DNA from: Camelus ferus
Lineage: Eukaryota
Assembly (NCBI RefSeq): GCF_009834535.1
Contig: NC_045696.1
Coordinates: 36,830,001 to 36,894,000 of the forward strand
Reading direction: 5' to 3'
Length of the DNA: 64,000 nt
Shown here: piece after piece, positions 26,881-40,584 of the stretch
Layout of the letters: the number at the start of each line of letters is the position of its first letter
How positions within the stretch are numbered: position 1 is the stretch's first letter
The notes under the pieces: generated by a model
Told to the model about the DNA's origin: nothing
Seen by the model: the letters and a program-made list of their open reading frames with translations, nothing else
The model's database searches: none
Translations under genes and position numbers: made by a program

Positions 26881-29704
26881 ATTTTAAAAAAATGTGTTTA
26901 AAATTATTTTTTAAAGTCCATTCCATGATTCACTTAATGTGTGTGTATGTGTATGTGCTTTTCAAACCACTTTTATTTATTATGATCAACTAAATATTAC
27001 ACCTGAGGATGAAAAATCTCCCTTGACAGCTGGGAGCTGGCCTGGCACTTACAGCTGCTAGATCGTGGTGGTGTCCTCTGATGCTGCTGGATGTGAATGA
27101 CCTCACAGAGCACCAAGGTCGGACAAGGCCATTCTGTGATGCTGATGAAGGGACAAACAAAAAAGACACTACTTCGTGATTTTGTCTTAGCACCCTCTAC
27201 TCCTTTGCACCCACAATACCCTCCGCTCCCAAGTAACAGGAGCGATCCTGCTTCTTTACACGCTCCAGCTTTAGCCTCATTCCAGTATTCCCTCTGTCTG
27301 GTTAAGGTGAGTGAAGATGTGCAGTGATAGAACTACCCCTGCTGCCTGACGTCATCCACCCCACAGTGAACTCCTGCTTCCTTGAGGCTCCCCCCAGATC
27401 ATCTACCCAAAGCACACGTCCTGTAATAAGCCCTCTCCAAAACACTCTCACGACACTCATGGCTCCCCAGGTGTGTGATCTGCCTCACTGGGACTTGGGC
27501 AACTGCAGGTAGACTGTGGGTGGTCTTTGGCTGGAGGGCCCTGACACACTCCTCACTGTGTGGATATTTTTGAATATCCATGCTTTTAATACCAATACAA
27601 TTCAGTCGTGGCCATTTGGAGGCCTTGGAAATGTTAAGTCTCTGATCACTTCAATTTTTACAACTATCTCAAACAGTAAAATATAGACAAAAAAACCCCA
27701 AAAAACACCTCTGTCGTTGAATGCAATTCTCTAAGCTAGCAGCAGGTTTTTATGCACTTCTTAGATGTAATATTGTTATTCATATTACATTTCTGTTCCA
27801 AATAAGAGAGAGATTATTCATTGTTTGATTTGGTGGGGGCTAGTTTTTCCTCTTTTGTTTCCTCAGGTTTATGAGCCTGGCAAGCTTTTCTGTCTTGCTG
27901 AAAAGACCATTGTGCCCATGTACACACAGCCTCAGCAAATAATTTATTTCAGACCTCCGAGAACATTCTTTTTTTCACCCTCAAAGCAGGGATTTTTCAT
28001 TTCAGTCATCTGTCCCAATCTTAGTAGTGATTCTATAATGCCAGTATTCATTTTCAATAAAAAGAAGAAAAAAGTTATAGTTGAAGGGGCTTTGACATAG
28101 ATTAATGGAGTAGTGGTGAAAATGGTCCTGCATTTTATGCCACCATCACAAAGATTTTGGTCAGGGATAAACGCTTAATTTTTAAATTCTTCATTTTTTT
28201 TTTTTCTGTTTTCTGTTTCTTTCATCCTAACCTCAAATGTCATGAAAATAAATATATTCCAGTTTTAGCAACAACACATTGGAATGGGAGATAATAATTC
28301 TATTAATTTTTTAGTTAAAAGGAATAATCCTTTGCCTTGACTTATCTGGATGATTATCTGCGTTAACTTGTCTAGAGGTGCAATTTATTGACAGAATTAT
28401 ATTATTATTTCTCCACTTTTCTTTTATGACTTTGACAGTTGTCCCTTAGAATTTATGATTCTATAAGCCTATTCATCAATGCTTTTTTATCCATGACAAA
28501 ATTTTCTGATCTTATCACATTATATGCATATAATTATATATAGTCACATTATTATTTTATAGATAGATGAGACTTTGGCAATGTGTGTAACACATTCTCT
28601 TAGGGACAGAGCAAACTTTGCTGTAACCGTCCTTAAAAAATAGTCTTTTCTTAAAATTCCCCAAAGAAGAAGATGATTCTTCAACCTTTCATTCTGAAAA
28701 GAAAACTGACTTTTAAAGAAATGACCAGAGAGACCTTGACCATACCCGTAACGACCTGACAAAGGTACACATTTATCATTTGCTTTTGAAGGCCTCATGC
28801 TGTACCTTGTGATACTGACATTTCATAGAGTCAGTGGATATTATGTTTTCTTTTTCCCTGTCCTGATCATCCCTTTGTCTACTTTAACATCAACTATACT
28901 GGGATTAAATGCCTGGGTTGTTGAACAGGAAAAGATGAGTCTCATTTTAGCTCCACTATTGGCAGCAAAACTATTCCCAAACCATTCTTTTTGCAACCCT
29001 TATGAAAACCAGCTGCAGGTCTCATATGAGGGCAAAAATTAGCATGCATTAGGAAGGATTTGTATGCACATTTTCATCAGCTAAGATGAGACAATTTTGA
29101 CTAGAATATACAATCAAAACTTCTCAGGAATAGTTTTGTCAACATTTGTAAAAAGTTATATAATATTACTCATCAAGAATATTCTATTAGTGATCATGGG
29201 AAAATCACTCAGCCACTCTCTTGCTTGTGTTTTCTAACTCAAAATTGACAATATCTACTTCTGTTAAATTCACATAAAATGTGTTGACATTGAGCCAAAT
29301 GCTCCTGTTCTATAAACTTTTAGGAACTAACTCAACATTTTGAAAAAGAAAAAAGAAGACTGGCAGCATGTGGGGAAGCAGGAAATACCTTTTTCCATAA
29401 CACTTCCAAAAAGCTGAGTAGTACTTTCCATAAACATTATGTAAAGCAAAATACATCGGCTTTGATAAATTGAAATATATTTTCATAGCCATTTATTAGT
29501 AAAAAGTCATTTCTGTATTTGACATTTAATACACACTTTTTCATGATTCTTTGTTTCTCTATATTATTTACATTTTATATTATTATATTTAAATATTATT
29601 ATATTGTGAATATGATAAACACATAAATTATAAATATAAGTATCATTATTATAGTATAAATATTTTTATAATATGAAATATATATTTTTAACAGAACTAT
29701 CTTA

Positions 29705-29880
29705 TTTTATTGAAGTATAATTGATTTAGAATGTGTTAGTTTCTGGTGTATAGCATAGTGATTCAGGTATACATACATAGATATATATTCCTCTTCATAT
29801 TCTTTTCCATTATAAGCTATTAGAAGATACTGAATATAGTTCCTTGTGCTATACAGTGGGATCTTGTTGTTTATCTCTTC
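29705..29880 (-). mobile_element. L1 3' tail (lineage-specific)
   Basis: ttttattgaagtataattgattta..gtatagcatagtgattca..gaatatagttccttgtgctatacagt. Confidence 0.88.
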
Positions 29881-30911
29881 ATTTTATTTTATTTTGGCAT
29901 TAGACAACAAAATGACTTCTCATATACCTTTGGCTAAAGACCAATGTTCCTCATCTTGGGGACTTGTCCTCTTTGAGCATGGAGTCTTGGTAAATGTGTC
30001 TAATTATAGTGACCAAAATTTACACTTAATGCTTAGATATGTGGTCTGAATAATAAGGGAGGCATGATTAGAATTTTTAAAATAAGGTTGCTTCTGAAAA
30101 TCCCAAGTTTATGGTTATTTAAATGTTAAGATGTGAAGGTCACCTAGATAAGCTAAGTCATGCAGGTATATGGATATGACATGAGTTGTGTTGGCATTAT
30201 CTTCACATATAGGTTAGCCAGGAATTGACTTCTAATATTTCCCTAAGTCATTTATAGACTTTCAGAATTGGGAGGAATATTACAGATCACTTGTTGATCC
30301 CTTTATTTTGTAGTTAAAACTCAGAAAGTCAAGCAAGGATTAGAACCTGAATTTCTTTTGATCCCATCCTTGTGTTTTTCCAGCAGTGAGCCCCTTTCCC
30401 TCAGGTCTAAGGACTTCTACTGCATTCCTCATTGCAAGTGGTTGATTCACATGTGATCCTTACTTCACTTTTCCACCTGCAGTAGCTTCTAGGAACTGGC
30501 AACTTGAAGGGAGGACACCACAGAGTTGCTTCCCCAGCAGCCTTCTCGCTCCCTCCCCCCATCACTCTCAAAGTGAAGGGAGAAGAATTTCTCATTTTAA
30601 TGTATGACCTTCACATCCACAAGTCAGTCATTTGCTTATATATCCTATGGAGACCTACATAACTGGGATCTCCAAACCTCTCTCCATGAAGGAACTGACT
30701 CAGCAAGGAGTCGGGTCCTAATTCTAAAAGATTATAATAAAAATCATGTTGAATTATTTCCCTTTCACATATCAAGTAATACCCCAATGATTCCCTTGAA
30801 GTTAAACTCATATTCTCTCTCATCCTACGTCTTATACATGAGAATGATGAAGGCATTCACAGTCTAAATGTGTGGGTAGCTGGTGTTTGATCTCTATGCA
30901 TTTACCTGAAT

Positions 30912-30980
30912 TTTTTTTTTTAATATACTTTCTTCTTTTAGAGCACTTTCAGGTTCACAACAGAATTGAGCAGAAACTTG
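30912..30980 (-). mobile_element. L1M 3' tail fragment
   Basis: ttttagagcactttcaggttcacaacagaattgagcagaaa. Confidence 0.65.
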
Positions 30981-32369
30981 ATGGAATTTTTTGGTGACTT
31001 TTGTGTAATCACTATATTCTCTGTTAAAATACCTATACAAGAGTTCAACAATTTAGGGCACCAACTGTCTGTAAGACATTGTATTGGAAGTATGAAAAAT
31101 GCAAATTTTAGGTAAAACATAGTCTCTGACCTATAAAAGTATAATATCTCTGCATTAAACACAATACAACACATTTAAAATTATAGACTATTATTTGTTT
31201 GGGTTATTAGGATCTTTCTACAAATCAGCCAGCCCATTTTAATTACCCCCAGATAATCAGTCAATTGTCCAATGTTAATATTCTTGAGGATTGACTCTCC
31301 AAGCCTTATTAAAATTTTTCCCAACCCTTTACATTACTAGTTACATTTTAGAATTCCCAGCACCTGTAATGTTTACCGTTTTTATTTTTAAAATCTTTGC
31401 ACCGCTTTCCACAAATCATCATGTTAGAAAAAGGCATACCTCATACTTCCTTTTGCCAGATTTGGAATGCTGCCTATCAGGGAATGTTTCCAATAGGCAA
31501 TAATGCATATCTTCATTTTAGTCTTTAGTTCCTTCTGATTTTATGGAAATAGAAATGTTTGACTTATCTAGGCTGTTTAATATACTAAAATGTACTAGTT
31601 GACTCTAATGGTTTATATGTGTCTGTGTTTGTGTAATGTGTACCTAGACGGAAAAAGAGTATTAATTTGACTTAGAATTTGTATAGGACATATAAAAATC
31701 AAGCAGATTCACATTTATGGCTTCAGTCATTAATTAGATACAATCAGCAATTTTATAGTAATTACACTAATATTTATCCGACAGTCCCTGAACTGTACTT
31801 TTAAATTACTCTCATAAAAATAAACCAGGCACTAATGCCAGTGCTTTGGATGATCTAATTTACTTCATTTACTTTCTTACTGAGTGATTTTGCTATATTA
31901 ATGATTTGTGAGTAATGTAATAGTTATAAATAAAAGTAGTTCTAACTTAAATTCAAAATATCATTAAATAATTCCTAGAAGATTTGACAAGCATTTAGAT
32001 ATTTCTTTCCTCTCTGGAATGGAAACTAAAACCAGGGGATTTCAGTCTATAAATGACCTTTAATGCCTAGGACCCCTATTACCATTTAGAGAGTAAAATA
32101 ATTTTCCACTACCCTTGAAACGTTATACCTAGATTATGCTGGAATATTCAGTGACAGTGAAACAACAATTCCTCATTCTGCCTACCCTATTTTGGGATAT
32201 AAATGACTACTAAATTTTTTTTTAATTAAAATTTTTCCTCTGTTTTCTTCCTAACACTAGCACACAGAACAAATCTGATTTCCATAGGAAAGCTCTTAAA
32301 TTATTTCAGGACAGCTACACTGAATCCCAAAGTATTGTCTATGCAGGAACATTTAACTTTATGAAATCT

Positions 32370-32520
32370 ATCAAAAAATATATTAGCACCTACTCTGTGT
32401 CAGGTGTTGTGCTAGGCATTTGAAAAGCAATCTGAAACTAGACAGATCTGGATTTTGTACTCATGAATTCATCATCTAGTAAAGAAGATAAACCATAAAC
32501 AAATAAACAAGTAATATGAA
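32370..32520 (-). mobile_element. L2 3' fragment
   Basis: agcacctactctgtgtcaggtgttgtgctaggc. Confidence 0.7.
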
Positions 32521-32659
32521 CTTTTTTTTTAAGCTTTCACTCTCTTGATCTCACTTCCTGAATATTCTCAGCTTCCATTATATTCTGTTTCAATTGTTAT
32601 TCCCAAACAGATCCAATATTCCAAATATGTTCTAATTAGCAATGACTTTAAGCATTACT

Positions 32660-32800
32660 CTCATTGCCTCAATTTCTTCGATGATAAAAGGAGTAATTGG
32701 AGTATCTATATCCTTAATTGCGAGTTTTAAATAAGATAATGTATAAAGAACTTAATATAGTGCTTGTCACTTAGAAAGTGCTTCATAAATGTTAGCAATT
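32660..32800 (+). mobile_element. MIR fragment
   Basis: gcctcaatttcttc..taaataagataatgtataaag..tagtgcttgtcacttagaaagtgct. Confidence 0.7.
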
Positions 32801-34899
32801 ATATTGCATGCAGAGAAAGCATAACTATCTTCCTTCTGTTTCCTACATGCAGCCTCAGCCACATTAGCTACTGTGGTGAACACATTATACTACTATTAGG
32901 ACTTTTTCATTCATCTTGCTTCTTAGTTATGACAGAGTTGTCATGTAAATCTTGGATGTTTTACTTTTCAGATATAATTTTCGCTTAAACTTTATCTTCA
33001 TAGAAAAGATGCCCTCTGTCTATAGCTCAGACTCTGTCTACAGCTTGAGATCCTCATTATGTTACGCAGTATATTTCCTCCCCACCCATTTTGTGAATTC
33101 TGCACAAATTAATTAAATTTAATTAACATGTCTATTATTTTAAACATTGGCTAGTGCAAGTCCAAAGCCAAAATCTTATGACAATTCACTAACCCAGTTG
33201 GAAGGTGGATATTGTGGAGAAAATTACTATTTTTAGTGCTTAAGAGATGAGACTTTATATATAATAATAATAAGATAAAACCCCAAAGTTTCTCTATAAG
33301 TGCAAGCATATTGTTATGTTCTTCTTAAGTCCCACCCTAACTACTTAGAAATGCTACTCCAGCCCCACCAAACCTTGTTTGTCTCTGTGAGTGATGGCTG
33401 AGATGAGCTTTACCACATAAATACAGTCAGATAAACAAGATCACCGATCTACAGCCCAGAGGGACAATGTCTAAGTAATCATAATCAATTATATCCATAA
33501 AAATACTAATAATATTTATATGATTGGCTAATTGAGACTTACTGTGGTGATTCAAAGGAAAAAAAAAAAGGCAGAAAAGAAAAGGCAGACTTACACAAAG
33601 GAGCAGATGCTTCCTTTGCGGCTGCCAAGAGACACAAGTCCTCCTCATTCAGGCCATCTGAAATTTATTGTAAAACTTTCGTTGCTGAAAGCTATCCACA
33701 CCTACCAGACATGCTGTTAAGGGAGATGTGCCATCTCTTTTACATAAATGATACAATGCCCAGAACAAGTCATCTGTGGGATAATGGCATCACTTTTGAT
33801 ATCCCTGAAAATGGTATCAAAGAAGTGGCAGACAGATTCATTTTACTTGTAAATGCGTACTTGTCTCGCACCCACTCACGCACTGATATTTGTTTAAAGG
33901 GTTATATGTTATAATGCTCTCCTGAAGTACTGCATAGGCATTTAATACCATCTGCAGGGAGCAGACAAGACTAGACTCACCACTATTTCACATATTTTTG
34001 AATGGCTGTCCATTTAGACCCTTGGGACATGGTCTCCTTTGTGTTACATTGTATTTACTTGGTTATATTGAAGCCAGTTATAATTACAGCTGTTAATTCA
34101 GAATCCATCCTAAACCCCTTAAATATCTAAATTTATTATTCTTTTAAGAATATTTATTGCAGGTTTTCTGAATGACTCATCAGTTGTGCCAGAGGAAGAA
34201 AAGAGTGTTATTTGGGCTTTTCAGCTATTCTTAAGGACTTATTCACTGGTTTTTAGGGCAAGAGCCCTTTCTAAAAGTTTTATTGCCGTTAGAAGCAACT
34301 ACAGATTACTGGTTCCTAAGGATATAAGCTTACAGGGCATACAAGAACCCAGCAAACTGGTGGTAGGTTCTTTTGATTCCTGGTTCTTTACTTACAGCAT
34401 TTGATACCTCCTCTTTGGTTCTCGTCACTGACTCAATTCAACCTCCATCATTTATTTCCTTGCTTATTGCAGCAGACTCCCAGCTGGCCTCCTAGCCTCC
34501 AGTCTAGTCTAAACGGCTCTGAAGAGAATCAAGGAGAGCCTGGCAGGAATACTGCCTTTGAGGTAAAGAAGACTAGAGTCTGAGCAAGGCATCTAGAGTC
34601 AGAGAATATTAGATCCCAAGGGCAAAGAGAACCTAACAAGATGGCCAAAGGCAACGACACTGGAGGTAACAAATGTGTTGTCAGATCCAAACAGAAATGT
34701 GGTACAGTTTACGGTTAGAGCAGCTTATTTTTGAAGAAAATGTACAAAACAGATTGCACACATTTTCACTGTCCCAATACATTTTTACTCGAAAGCTGAA
34801 CATCCCAGCCTCCCACTAAAAGGTAGCAATTTCATTTGGACATGAGAGGAGGATGATACACATTTTATATTGAGTCCCTAGGACAGTGTCCCACATTTC

Positions 34900-35229
34900 T
34901 TTGTTGATTTGGGCTACTGCAACAAAATAACAGACTGGGTGTCTTATAAGCAACAGAAATTTACTTCTCACAGTTTGTGAGGCTAGAAGTCCAAAATCAG
35001 GTGCCAGCATGGTTGAGTGAGGGCCTTCTTCTGGGTTTCAGACTCCTCCTTGTATCCTCATGTGCTGGAAGGGGCTAGGGAGCTCTGTGAGATCACTAAT
35101 CCCATTCCTGAGGGCTCCACCCTCATGACTTAATCACGCCGCAAAGACTTCACCTACTAATTCCATCATATTGGGCATTCGAAATTCAACATACTGATTT
35201 TGAGGGAGCACAAAATTCAGACCATAGCA
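34900..35229 (-). mobile_element. MLT1A-type LTR
   Basis: gggctactgcaacaaaata..acttctcacagtttgtgaggctagaagtccaaaatcaggtgccagcatgg..attcagaccatagca. Confidence 0.9.
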
Positions 35230-37124
35230 CCCGTTTAATTATTTTTGAATGACAGCTATGAGAAAATAAACAAAAATTTTCCTCAATTCATTCACTTACA
35301 AAGGTGTAAAGATCAAAGTAGGAAATTTCTGAAACCTTTAAGTTTTAATAAACCATAATTGTATGATCCACAGGAAACATTAATTTTATAATTTTGAATC
35401 ACAATTATTCTTTCTTTCTATGGTTAGTCTTGTTTCCTATTTTGGCTAGCATGACATTTTTTTTTTTACTTTCTAGTTTTCTGTGGCTTCTTATGGTATT
35501 TCAAAAGTTTGGAGTGGGAAAGAAACTTGAGGTTTAAGGAAATAATGACTAGAAAGTGATCTCTTCTTTAATAATGTCGAATATTCCAGGAAAACAAAGA
35601 AAAAAGTAGGAAAGGGGACAGGTATTTTTTTGGACATCGGATTTATTTGAGACATGTTTCAGCTAGAGCTCAAGATTTTATTGGTTAATAAAAGAAACAC
35701 CCATAACTATTCCAAGTTAAAGAACTGGTAGTTACTTAACAACTGAAAAGTTTAAAAAAAGAGAAAAATTAGGAAATGTGTATAGTTCTTGAATCTGTAC
35801 TTAATTTTTTTCTTTGCAACACTATACTTACCAAACTTACAGGGTTAAGAGGAAGGAAAGCTATAAATGCAAATGGAAATAATACTTGAACTTTGGCAAG
35901 ACATATGCCTTATAACTTCCAAGACTCTGAAATTCCATTTTTTAACAACTGCCCATGAAGCATTCTGTTTTTAATCTCCTTATAGCTTATGGTAAATATC
36001 AACTTGATGCTGGGCTCAGATGCATTAGAGCAGTTGATTAGGTAGCTAGGCAGCAGTCAGTGGAAAACAGCATATTCTCCTGAGAGGGAGTTTGGGGAGT
36101 GGGGAGAATGGTGCTCTGTGAGTTCTGACTGGTGCGCATTTTCCCTGAGTACACACAGTAAAATCTTCAGTATTATTTTCAACCATAACCACAAACAGAC
36201 AAAATGGAAATTTATTTTTATAAAGTAAATGGAATTGAGAAGACATATAATCCTAAAGAATTCATTAACCCTCCCAATACAATTATTGCTGATAATTTTT
36301 AGGAGGATTAAATACACATAATGCAATTAATATTAGTTATGATTTAAACCTTCCTCTGTAGTGAGTGGATGTAAACTTCCTCATGTCAAATATGAGACTT
36401 CTGAAATAAGAGTCTGCTAGCTAATTATCAAATACAGTTTTCTTGTTTAAGGCATCATTATGTTTGAGATATACATAGCTAATACAGACTTCTAATAAAG
36501 TAATAAAGACTTCTCTAAGGCCAACTCAACTACTCCATGAAAAGTGATTTTTTATGAAGGTGATTCCCTGTCCCTAGTTTCAAACTGGCTGATATTTTAT
36601 GAGCAACTTTATGGAATCTATTACTTTAAATACTGAACAGAGAAACACGCATAGAAAAGAATTAATTTGATAATCTATCTTCTATTGGAAAGTAGACTAA
36701 AATGTATATTTATGTTTCCAATTATAATAGAATACCTACTCAAATCATGAGTTAGTATTTTATCTATTATTGTGTTTCTTTATTACTAAACACTGGAAAA
36801 AATCTAATTTCAGCTGTTCTGATTCATTTACACTTAAACCATCAAATTTTTATGTTTGCAAAATGTTTTTAATGCACAAAAACTATAATGATATCTTTAA
36901 TGGTGTTTTCATTTCTGCACCATAGAGATCATTTTTTTGATGTCTTATGAGTCTTATTTACTAAGAAAACAAAAGAAAAATGGAAATTAAGAGGAAGTAG
37001 TTTTACTTAGTTTGAGCTATTTCTATGTAATGTTACTAAAATCATTTTAAAATGAAAGTGTCCATGTAAAATACAACTAGATTTTACATCTATACAATGG
37101 CAAAGACATGGCCAATGTTATTTT

Positions 37125-37793
37125 CTTTAAGTTTTATTGAGATATAATTGACATAAAGTACTGTACAAATTTAAGATGTACAGCATAATGATTTGACTTA
37201 TATACATTATGAAATGATTACCACAGTAAGTTTAGTGAACATCTATTATCTTACATAGATTCAGAATGAAAGAAATAGAAAAATAGTATTCTTTCCTTGT
37301 GATTAGAACTCTTAGATTACTCTGTTAACAACTTTCATATATCATGTTGTACATGACATCCTTAGGACTTAATTTTATCTTATAATTGGAAGTTTGCACC
37401 TTTTGACTGCCTTCATCCAATTCCTCCCCACCTCTGGTAATTGCAAATATCATTCCTTTTTTATAAGTTTGTTTGTTTTGAAGTGTTGACCTGCAGCACT
37501 GTGTTAGTTCCTGTTACACAGCATAGTGATTTAATATTTCTATTCATTTCAAAATTATCACCATAAGTCTAGTTACCATCTGTCGCCATACAGAGATATT
37601 ACATATAATTATTTACTCTATTCCCCACACTTACGTTTCATACCCATGACTCATTTATTTTGCAACTAGATGTTTGTACTTCTTGATCTCCCTCATCTAT
37701 TTCTCTTATCCTCCTACCCACCTCGCCTCTGGCAACCACCCTTTTGTTCTCTGTAATTGTAAGTCTGTTTCTGTTTTGTTATGTTTCTTCACT
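37125..37793 (-). mobile_element. L1 3' end with target-site duplication
   Basis: ttttattgagatataattgacat.. L1 tail flanked by tggccaatgttatt (~37109) and tggtcaatattatt (~37793). Confidence 0.88.
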
Positions 37794-38424
37794 GGTCAAT
37801 ATTATTGAAGGCTCTGTGTATATAATATAAAACCTACTTATGAGTGAGAAAATTTCGTAACTTTTAAGCCTCACAAGTAAATCTGTTTTGGATTTGACTG
37901 CTCACAATTCTACCACCTTCTCTAATTTTCTGATGCCATGTTATATGAGCAAAATGAAATCACTTATGGTTTTCTTGCTAATTGTTATACAGGTAATACT
38001 AAATTGACTTGTGTAAAAGTTGTGAGTGAGGTACTACCAGTATCATGATTCAATGGTTTCTTAAAAGAGATTTAGTCTGAGTTATTTGGAAAAATAAACT
38101 GCTTATGACATTTCTGATGTGACCCAGGAAATGATCAGTGATTACAATTAGAGACATAAAATGCTTGTGAGAAATCACAAGTTGTGTGTCATGTTTTGCA
38201 CTACGCTATTCTAGTAACAAGTTATTTACACTGGTAATAGAAAATAATAATGGCCAAAGGAATAGAACAAAACAATGTAACTTTTTACTTTTTCACTTTT
38301 GCTACTTTGTAACTAGACTACAAATCTTATATCATTGTATCCACCAACAGTTTGACCAAAGTTGTTTAACTTTGCAGTTAAACATTGATTCAGGATAAAC
38401 TGATGAAATCTTGGAAACATTCAA

Positions 38425-38910
38425 TGTATTCATTTATTTACTCATTTATCGTTCTCTTATTTATTCAACAAATCAACAAATATTCATTGAGTGACTACTG
38501 TAGCATTCTGGTCACTGTCATAGGCACAGAGGACAGAATAGTAACAAAACAGCAAAGCTTCCTGTCCTCGTGGAGTTTTCTTTCTGGTCAGAAGAAACAC
38601 AGGGTACACAGATAATAAATATACAATATGCTACAAGGTGAGAACTATCCAGGATGAAAACGGAGGTTGGGTAAACAAACACTTTAGAGAAGGTCACTAG
38701 GGAAGCCTTTCTCGTAACATGGTGTTTCTTTTCAGTAGTCACCTACAAACCATGTGGCTATTTGGAGGGAAACTCTGCTAGGCAGAGGGAAGAGTAGGGC
38801 AGTGGCCCCAAGAGAGAACCATGCTTGTCATGTGCAAGAGACAGCAGAAAAGTCAATGTGGATGGAACAGAGGGAGGAGAGGGGAGAGTGATAGGACCTG
38901 AGGCCCCAGT
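38425..38910 (-). mobile_element. L2 fragment
   Basis: attcaacaaatcaacaaatattcattgagtgactactg..ggcagagggaagag.. Confidence 0.8.
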
Positions 38911-39387
38911 GGTGTTATTCAGAGCTGTCTATACACTTAGCATGCACCAGTCCTAGAGGGAGCATAGACATACAACAGTTTTTATTCTTGAAGGGGCCTA
39001 AGACTAATTTACATAGAGAGCAAATAATGCTTCACAAAGCTAAATTATTAGTTGTGTAGAGCAGATTTTATGATTGAAACTAACAGATCTAAAATTAGTT
39101 AAAATCTCCTGACCTTGCAGGAATGGTGTTAACTTATAATTACCTTCAAACTATTTTTTTTTTTTTTTGGTAATACTTTAAACATCCTACAGAACACTTT
39201 GAAATGCACAGGTATAGTTTTCAAAAATAGACCTAATTATATTCTGTAAAATAAAGAATGGCAAATTTAAAATAGATGAGACACACATTTCTCAAGTATT
39301 TATTATGTTCTGGTTTACAGGCATTTGAAATAAAAGCAGTAATCACCAGGAGTCAACATTAGTCCACTTAAAGCAACTATGTTAGCC

Positions 39388-39388
39388 T

Positions 39389-39427
<39 letters not shown>

Positions 39428-39428
39428 T
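39388..39428. repeat. (TTTA)n microsatellite
   Basis: tttatttatttattta tract. Confidence 0.9.
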
Positions 39429-39669
39429 CTTTCAGGATTATTATTTTGGTAGACTAGAGAAAAGTGTTATGCATTGACATTCATTAATGTTATCTGAATC
39501 TAGATTCCATAAGTTATTTATTTAAGTTCTCATAGAAAATATTGGACATAAGGGACAAATGTAAATGTGATTATTATATCATGTCATGATTAACAATTCG
39601 TTGAACAATTCTGTTGTAGGCTGTCTGTTGGCTTATATGGCTCTTGTCATATATGTGCAATTAACTTTT

Positions 39670-40150
39670 GACCATTAACTATGCCTCCATGTATTGAGAA
39701 TACACTGATGAAGACACATATATTTCTTGCTCTCATGCAGATTACAATAAGCAGAGAAGACATGAAACACATAATTTCAAGGGTGTCACGTGCTTAACAA
39801 AGTATCTGCTGAACCATACAAATGAAACACAAATGCTAACTTAGATGAAGTTTAGGCGTTGGAAACATTTGCATGAGGTGATGATGACTTAAGATGTGTC
39901 TGGAGGATAAGTAGTTTTAGTTAAGTGAATAGATGACTGTAGTGGACAGTATGTGACCAGAGTATAGTGAATGTGAACTATTCTGAGGCCAGGATAATTA
40001 TGTCAGAAAAAGTCAAGATGAGAAGTATAAATTGAAGATAAAAAGCAAAGAGAGGTGTGAAAACAAACTGGAGATTTGGGCAGGAGTCAGATGAATATGT
40101 TGATGTCTTAGATATTATTCAAATCACAGTGGAAATCCATTAGAAGACAT
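39670..40150 (-). mobile_element. L2 fragment (degraded)
   Basis: ttcttgctctcatgcagattaca..ggagatttgggcaggagtcaga. Confidence 0.5.
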
Positions 40151-40200
40151 TGTATAATAAAGTAAAAAAGAAGCTGTGAGAAACAGAGTATGTTTGTTGT

Positions 40201-40430
40201 CTGTGACGGGTTAAATTGGGTCCCTCCAAAATTCATTTGCTGGAGTCTTACCCCTTAGTATCTCAAAAAGTGACCTTATTTGGAAGCAGAGTTGTAGCAG
40301 ATGTAATTAGATTAGATGAGATCATCCTGGATTAGGGTGGGCCCTTTATCCAATATGACTAGTGTCATAAAAAGAGAACATTTAGACACAGATACACACA
40401 GGGGAACACCATGTGATGATAAAGTCAAAC
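40201..40430 (+). mobile_element. MLT1B/C LTR 5' part
   Basis: tgtgacgggttaaattgg..ccaaaattcat..gtgaccttatttggaa..gattagggtgggcccttt..ccaatatgact. Confidence 0.85.
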
Positions 40431-40584
40431 ATAGTTATATAAAATTTGCATACATATATATATAGTGTCAGAATTCCTGGTATACTATACTGATATATTG
40501 GTTCTACTTATAAGGCAAAGGGATGTTTCACTTTTTAAATAATTTATTAATTTAATTTAATTTAATTATGTTTTAGAGAACTTC

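Noticed and set aside
27054..27117. Plus-strand LLDVND resembling a cadherin calcium-binding motif
   Set aside because: Isolated 6-residue match with no other cadherin repeats nearby; the splice signals are stronger on the minus strand.
20923..30490. Tiny exon-like units (e.g. ~28745, ~30465) as a casein/SCPP-type gene
   Set aside because: No signal-peptide exon, Ser-x-Glu clusters or Pro/Gln-rich exon was found; micro-exon signals arise by chance.
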